The notes beneath the pieces are model-generated. The model was given only the letters and a program-made list of their open reading frames with translations. It had not been told where the DNA came from and ran no database searches. 64,000 nt of DNA, taken from the NCBI GenBank assembly GCA_964519305.1, contig CAZFHY010000008.1, positions 64,001-128,000 on the forward strand, in the 5' to 3' direction. The stretch's first letter is position 1. Each line of letters starts with the position of its first letter. Positions 58,462 through 64,000 of the stretch are shown here, one piece after another. Source of the stretch: Candidatus Undinarchaeota archaeon. GTDB taxonomy: Archaea > SpSt-1190 > JASMDC01. Both the position numbers and the translations under genes were made by a program.

Positions 58462-61400
58462 TTAGTCGTCCGGACAATGGCTTAGCGCTGATTTGGCCGA
58501 GTCGCGGACCAGATCGAAGTCATCATCGAGCGCGGACTTCAACGCGGGGATAGCTGGTTCGATAAGGCTGGGATCCTTGGCAGCGAGGACATCAAGCGCG
58601 ATCGCGACACTTGCTCTAATGTTACGATCCGTGTCAGAGAGTGCCTGCGAGAGGGGTCCAATAGCTAGTTTGATGATTTCAGGTCTCTTATCACCGAAGG
58701 AAAAAAGGGCACTGACGGCTTCATCCCGAACATCAGCATTATCATCCTTGAGTAGATTGATGGTTGCGGGAACGACCGTGATGACTGACTCGGGATCATC
58801 CCCACCTATATGGCTCAGGACTACTAAAGCAGCCTCCCGGACAGAAGGATCCTTGTTCTTCAATAATCTCTTGAGCGTGGGGATTGCTTTATTGGTACTT
58901 CCAGGATGCCTTATACTATACCAACGGAGGGCATAAGCGGCATCAACGATTGTCTGCACATCATCCGACATGAGGCCGTCAAGAAGAATCGGTATATGTT
59001 CTGTTCCTGCGTCAGGATCCTTCTCGATGGTCTTGCGGAGCTCATGCAGCGATGATATTGGTTTGTCAGCATCTATAGGTTCTGTAGCGATGGTCTCTTC
59101 GACATCCTGCGGTGCTGTTTCATGCTTTACATCCTCTTCTTCGTCTTCTTCCTCCACTTCCTCTTCGTCTTCTTCCTCTTCTTCCTCCCCGATCACGTGC
59201 GGGACCTTCGTGACGATCTCTGCTCCCGTTACCCTGGACCTCCACACCGCGATGAGAAGGGCCAGTATGACGATGGCGGCGATGACGCCGGGATGGACCG
59301 GGTACTGAATCTTGCCGGACGGACCTGAGACGGTCTCCGGCTGAGCGGGCCCTTCTACGTCAGCAGCGAAGACGCGGTCAACATCGACCGTGCTCAGGTC
59401 GGCCCACGTGTTTATTGGAGTGCTGCCTTCTGTATCCTTGGATATGTCCACTCCTTCATCGAGAGCGAGACCTGATTCCACGTAAGAGATCTCGTGGGAC
59501 CGGACCGTCCCCTTCACGATCCTGTTCGAGACCGTCGGTGATTCGTACACCCTGTCGTTGAGCATCATTCCTGCAGTAAGGTTATACTCCTCGACCTCTT
59601 CATGGGCATCGTGCGCGCTCACGAACGTGGAGTATCCGATCTCGTATGGCACGTAGATGATCTCGGACCCTCCCTCCATATCATATGACGTCCGTGCATT
59701 GGGGATCTGGACCTCGTACTCGCCCGTCTCGTAGTTCATCCCCACATGCCTGCCCAACGAATCGACCACGTGGAGGTCGAGGTCTAACTGCTCACCCTCG
59801 ACCATCTGCACCCATGTCCTGGTTATGCCGAAGAGGACCTCGTTGACACAACTCCAGAACCCGGCGTATTCGAGAATGGCGTTTTCGGGGAGCACGTTGC
59901 TCGCAAGACCCACGTGTTTGGCGGCTTTATCGGACAGGGAGAGGAAATAGCTCATCCTTTCGACCGCATCGATGCAGGCTTCGCCTTGATCGGTGAATCT
60001 GCCGTGCTTCTCATAGCACCGGGTCTTGAGCACATCCCTGTACTCGTGGATACGCGCCAGCTGGTCGAACTCTCCATAGCTGCCGCACATGAACTCGAAG
60101 AAGTCGTGCTGCTCCGCACCTATCGAATCGAGCAGTGCCTTGTAATGACCTCTCATACAGTTGACGAAGGCCGCTCTAAGGTACTTGCGCGCGTCATCTT
60201 CATCGACACCCTCTTCCTTGACGATGTCGTTGACGACCGTCTTGCAGTCCTTGATCAGGCCGATGCTCTCGAAGCTCTTCTTCATGACGTGGGTGAACAT
60301 GTCGTTGGCCTTGCAGGTGGTCCCTCCAGTACACCCGCGCTCATCGCTCACCGAACAGGACAGGTCGCACGTCCCCTTGACATAATACCCGCTCGATAGA
60401 AGGACATACGGGCATGCACAGTCGTTCTCGCTCGTGTAGCAGTTCTCGCCCAGGTTGGGCTCGCAACGATTATTGTCACGGCATACGCGCCTAGGTTTTT
60501 TCAGGGAGCGGAGACCGATGAGATACTCCCTGTGCTCCTCGTAGCTGTCGCTGTCCTTCAGGATACCTGGATCGCCGAAGTAGGAACAGTCCTGCGGGCA
60601 GTTAACGCACTCGCTGGGATTACAATTCCCGTCCCCACAGACGACGTCCGGGGGCATCCGGTCATGCTCAGAGAGCACTAGCAGCTCGAAATATGTTTCG
60701 AAGGGGGATGATTTTGAAATGACGACCTCGCATGCCTGGCCGCGTTCCAGCCTCACTCGTTTCTCGATGTACTCGGGTATAATTCTATCAGAGACCCAGC
60801 GACCGCATCCCGCGACGTTGATCTTGTACTCTGTGCCGAGGGTGAACATCGCGATCTTGTATATCCCCGTATCCCTTGCCTTGAACCCGTACCTGACCTC
60901 TTTCGTATCGAACTTTGCACAGAATTCCGCTGTTTCGCTGATGACACCGAGATTCCTGCCCGTGCATCTGACGGGAACAGGGCTTACTTCGGGGGGGCGT
61001 GGACAGTCGCGGGGACAACTCTCGTACGACTCGTCATCTTCACAGACCACGTTCCCGCAGTACTGCTCTACACAATTTCCCTCGAAACATAAGCCGTTGT
61101 CACAACCACAGTCCTCGCAGCAATTGGCCCTGGTCTCGTGCGTTCTGCACTCACCATCGCCGCAGACCTCGGTCCTGACCTCAACTGATATGTCGTCCAG
61201 TCCCCTGCTGTCCCAGTCCAGCTCAGCACCGTGGGCGATGCCCTCCCATCTGAAGATGCACGTCTCGTCAGAATCGTGCTGCAAGCTCTGGCAGATGATA
61301 TCCTCGTTGGAATCCACGATGCTCATCTTGTAGATGATGTCCCGTTCCTTAGTCCCGAACGTGCGGAAACTTATGATCCTCGGACCTGAAGGTACGTATG

Positions 61401-64000
61401 ATGAATCCGAGTCCATGAGCAGGTACCACTGGTCCCTTCCGAGTCCGTAGCAGTCACCGGAGAAGTACGGTTCCACGATGATCTTCCTGTTATCGTTCGA
61501 TCTTGGACCACCGCACCCGTCGCTGACTTCCACGGACCAGGTATTGAAGGTGAAGGTGGCGAGGTATCCTTTGTCGATATTTCCGATCTCGATGATGTAC
61601 GTCTCCCCTCTGGCGAGCTCGGACTGCAGACTGCTCGAGCTCGCCGAGACACTAGACTTTTCTCCGACAATGTCGAGTTCAGAGTCCTTTATCACGATAC
61701 TGATACTCCGCTCCTTCTTGAACGAGCGGGCCTTTATGGCGAACGGGGTGTCCCGGAAAACGTGCACCTTGTAGAAGACCTTGTTGGCCTTTGGGGACAA
61801 GCACTTCGTCTCGATACCGTTGTAGCTTTCCTCGATCTCAACGACATCGCCGAAGTCCGTGCTGCCGCAGAGATTGAGCACAAGGGGCCCACAAAAACCT
61901 CCGTCGCATACCTCGCCATCGGGACACGCTTCTTCGGCCATGTACGGGCACCCGCTGTCGTCCGCCTTGCAGGTCCACTTTATCGTTTCCCCGTTGCATC
62001 CACTATCACCTGTCGAGCACGCCTCGATGCACATCGCATCCTTTTTCACACATTCTCCGTTCATGCATTTCTGACCGCTCCCGCAGTCGGTGTCCGCGCA
62101 GCACTCGTAGTCGCATGCCTGCTCGTCATCGCTGTCCACGCAGTGATGCTCGGGACCGCACTCTTGTCCGTTCGGGCAATGTGCTACCTCCTTACAACAT
62201 CGCTTTCCGCTTTCGCAGCAGACCTGTGCAATGCAGTTACCTGAACGGCACTCGTCATTATCGGAGCATGATTTGCCATTGTCAGCAAGGGGGGAGCATG
62301 TCTTTAATTCTGGTTGACAGTACCATCCTTCTTGGCAATTAACTGTATCTTCACAGCAGGTGATAAAATCCGGTTGGCATTTTCCCCCGCAACAGTTGTC
62401 AGAACCGCAATCTTCGTGCGATGAACAGGCTTGATACAGCGTTTTTTTCTCAACGGGCTCCGGTTCTTCACTGACAACGCAGATATGCTCTTTCTGGTCA
62501 CAGTAATAGTCGCCCGGACAATCACCCGAGGATCGGCAGCAGTAGGACCCGTCCTGGCAGCAGAGACCGTTGTTGCAGTTGTTGGACGAGCACTCGTCGT
62601 CGGACGAGCACGACTCGCCGTCGTCCTTCTTCTCATCCTGGCAGCGTTTCGTGCTCCCGTCGCAGTCCAACGATGCACAGTGCGCATCGGCCGTGCAGCA
62701 TACACCGCTGTCGATCGCGGGATCGCAGCAGATGCCCGTGGAGGTCCCAGAAGGGATGTAGCACTTCCTGCTCTCACATTCCGAGTTCGAATGACATGTC
62801 TCGTACAGCTCGGCGAGGTCCGGTGTTTCGACGCATATCTTCGTGTTCGTGTTGCAGTCACCTGAATCGCAGTGGTCATCAGAGGTACAGCATTTCGCGT
62901 ACAAGGATTCGTATTTACAGCAGATCCCCGTACTCGCGCCGCTCTTCCGGTGGCAGTTGTCCGACTTGCAGTCAGCGTCCGACGAGCATGGTCCGTAGTT
63001 CTCCGCGCCCGAATAGGAACATGCGTGGTAATCGAGATCGCACACGTGGTTGCCCTGGAGGGGCTCGCAGTCGGCGTCGGTGTTACAGCAGTGGGGCTCG
63101 TCGAACGGATACATGCAGCACACGCGCTCGACAGGGCCTTGAGGGGAGGGCGTGGGCTTCTGTCTGCAATAGCTGTTCTCCCCCGCACAGTCGTCGTCCG
63201 ACGTACAGGACCCGCCATCGGCAGCACCGGCGCTCACGCACGTCCCTTCCGAGCAGACCTTGTCGGGTGAGCAGTCAGTATCCATCTTCTTAAGGCAGTT
63301 GCCCTGCCGCGAGCAAGACCATCGTGTGTCACCGTCCGTGCATCCATAGCTCCCTTCGCCGCACTCGTCGTCACAAGCCGTGCAGTAGTGGTCGTCCCCG
63401 CAGTACTGACCCAAGGAACAGTGACCATCGCTTGTGCAGCACGTCTTCCCGGCAGCGCAGCAGATGCCGTTGCCGGCATTGGCCGACGCACATGCGTACT
63501 CGCGCACCGGATCGCCCGCAGGCTCGCCGTCCTCGGCCGGGCGCACGTTGCAGATGGCGTAGTCGAGTGCGTTGGCCGGGATGCTGTAGGAGGCGCAGTC
63601 GCCCTGAGGTCCGTAGTTACCGTATTCATCATCGTTCTGGTAGGCGAACCAGTAGTTGGTCCCGTCGGTGGCCTTCCACGCGTACGCCACGGGGCCGTCC
63701 CAGCCGGTGCCCTCCCAGCCAGGATCCACGTCCGACCTGTAGACCTCTGCGTGGTACATGGTCACCCCGCAGAACGTGTACACGGACTCATCGAAGACAT
63801 CCCACTCAGAACGGGTGAACTGGGCCTCGAAATCAGCGAACCACGCAGCTCCGCCTGTGGTCCTGTGCTCGATGTACGATCCGTAGCATCTGCCGCTGGA
63901 CCATATGCTGTCGATATCGGTCCTTCCGGGCGACATGGACGATGGCAGGCAGATGTGCGCGAAGTGAGGATTGGTCCTGCCTGCGCACACGAGCCCCGGG
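58462..64000 (-). CDS. Giant Cys-rich surface protein with TM and cytoplasmic HEAT repeats (5' partial)
   Basis: Frame open to the window edge (>1840 aa); CxSDxxC and CGDGxC repeats; TM VIAAIVILALLIAVW; acidic linker; ~5 HEAT repeats. Confidence 0.88.
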   Translation of the reverse strand, partial: PGLVCAGRTNPHFAHICLPSSMSPGRTDIDSIWSSGRCYGSYIEHRTTGGAAWFADFEAQFTRSEWDVFDESVYTFCGVTMYHAEVYRSDVDPGWEGTGWDGPVAYAWKATDGTNYWFAYQNDDEYGNYGPQGDCASYSIPANALDYAICNVRPAEDGEPAGDPVREYACASANAGNGICCAAGKTCCTSDGHCSLGQYCGDDHYCTACDDECGEGSYGCTDGDTRWSCSRQGNCLKKMDTDCSPDKVCSEGTCVSAGAADGGSCTSDDDCAGENSYCRQKPTPSPQGPVERVCCMYPFDEPHCCNTDADCEPLQGNHVCDLDYHACSYSGAENYGPCSSDADCKSDNCHRKSGASTGICCKYESLYAKCCTSDDHCDSGDCNTNTKICVETPDLAELYETCHSNSECESRKCYIPSGTSTGICCDPAIDSGVCCTADAHCASLDCDGSTKRCQDEKKDDGESCSSDDECSSNNCNNGLCCQDGSYCCRSSGDCPGDYYCDQKEHICVVSEEPEPVEKKTLYQACSSHEDCGSDNCCGGKCQPDFITCCEDTVNCQEGWYCQPELKTCSPLADNGKSCSDNDECRSGNCIAQVCCESGKRCCKEVAHCPNGQECGPEHHCVDSDDEQACDYECCADTDCGSGQKCMNGECVKKDAMCIEACSTGDSGCNGETIKWTCKADDSGCPYMAEEACPDGEVCDGGFCGPLVLNLCGSTDFGDVVEIEESYNGIETKCLSPKANKVFYKVHVFRDTPFAIKARSFKKERSISIVIKDSELDIVGEKSSVSASSSSLQSELARGETYIIEIGNIDKGYLATFTFNTWSVEVSDGCGGPRSNDNRKIIVEPYFSGDCYGLGRDQWYLLMDSDSSYVPSGPRIISFRTFGTKERDIIYKMSIVDSNEDIICQSLQHDSDETCIFRWEGIAHGAELDWDSRGLDDISVEVRTEVCGDGECRTHETRANCCEDCGCDNGLCFEGNCVEQYCGNVVCEDDESYESCPRDCPRPPEVSPVPVRCTGRNLGVISETAEFCAKFDTKEVRYGFKARDTGIYKIAMFTLGTEYKINVAGCGRWVSDRIIPEYIEKRVRLERGQACEVVISKSSPFETYFELLVLSEHDRMPPDVVCGDGNCNPSECVNCPQDCSYFGDPGILKDSDSYEEHREYLIGLRSLKKPRRVCRDNNRCEPNLGENCYTSENDCACPYVLLSSGYYVKGTCDLSCSVSDERGCTGGTTCKANDMFTHVMKKSFESIGLIKDCKTVVNDIVKEEGVDEDDARKYLRAAFVNCMRGHYKALLDSIGAEQHDFFEFMCGSYGEFDQLARIHEYRDVLKTRCYEKHGRFTDQGEACIDAVERMSYFLSLSDKAAKHVGLASNVLPENAILEYAGFWSCVNEVLFGITRTWVQMVEGEQLDLDLHVVDSLGRHVGMNYETGEYEVQIPNARTSYDMEGGSEIIYVPYEIGYSTFVSAHDAHEEVEEYNLTAGMMLNDRVYESPTVSNRIVKGTVRSHEISYVESGLALDEGVDISKDTEGSTPINTWADLSTVDVDRVFAADVEGPAQPETVSGPSGKIQYPVHPGVIAAIVILALLIAVWRSRVTGAEIVTKVPHVIGEEEEEEDEEEVEEEDEEEDVKHETAPQDVEETIATEPIDADKPISSLHELRKTIEKDPDAGTEHIPILLDGLMSDDVQTIVDAAYALRWYSIRHPGSTNKAIPTLKRLLKNKDPSVREAALVVLSHIGGDDPESVITVVPATINLLKDDNADVRDEAVSALFSFGDKRPEIIKLAIGPLSQALSDTDRNIRASVAIALDVLAAKDPSLIEPAIPALKSALDDDFDLVRDSAKSALSHCPDD

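Overview
Gene-dense, GC-rich archaeal chromosomal window. Archaeal signs include TATA-box promoters, an initiator tRNA-Met with an A1-U72 pair, RNase HII with a C-terminal PIP box, an archaeosortase, class III signal-peptide pilins and a RibL-type FAD synthase. The many Cys-rich orphan surface proteins would fit a DPANN-like lineage, but that is inference. Housekeeping and metabolic genes: glpK, beta-CASP nuclease, rnhB, PfkB kinase, NagD-type HAD, rtcB, spermidine synthase, AlaX-L, cysS, GT3 glycogen synthase, a debranching enzyme, GH2 and GH130. No CRISPR, rRNA, integrase or transposase was seen. The strongest candidate for an undescribed system is 5563-15544. There a Zn-ribbon protein with 4-5 tandem ubiquitin-like domains is transcribed divergently from a non-canonical tubulin/CetZ-like GTPase, which heads a tightly coupled operon of four secreted, C-terminally membrane-anchored proteins. 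Second-tier signals: a TAAC(G) motif repeated at exact 11-bp spacing in three intergenic regions, three structured-RNA candidates, a wHTH-FAD synthase fusion, an output-less PAS/GAF sensor and a giant Cys-rich/HEAT receptor-like protein. All calls come from reading motifs by eye; no searches were run.
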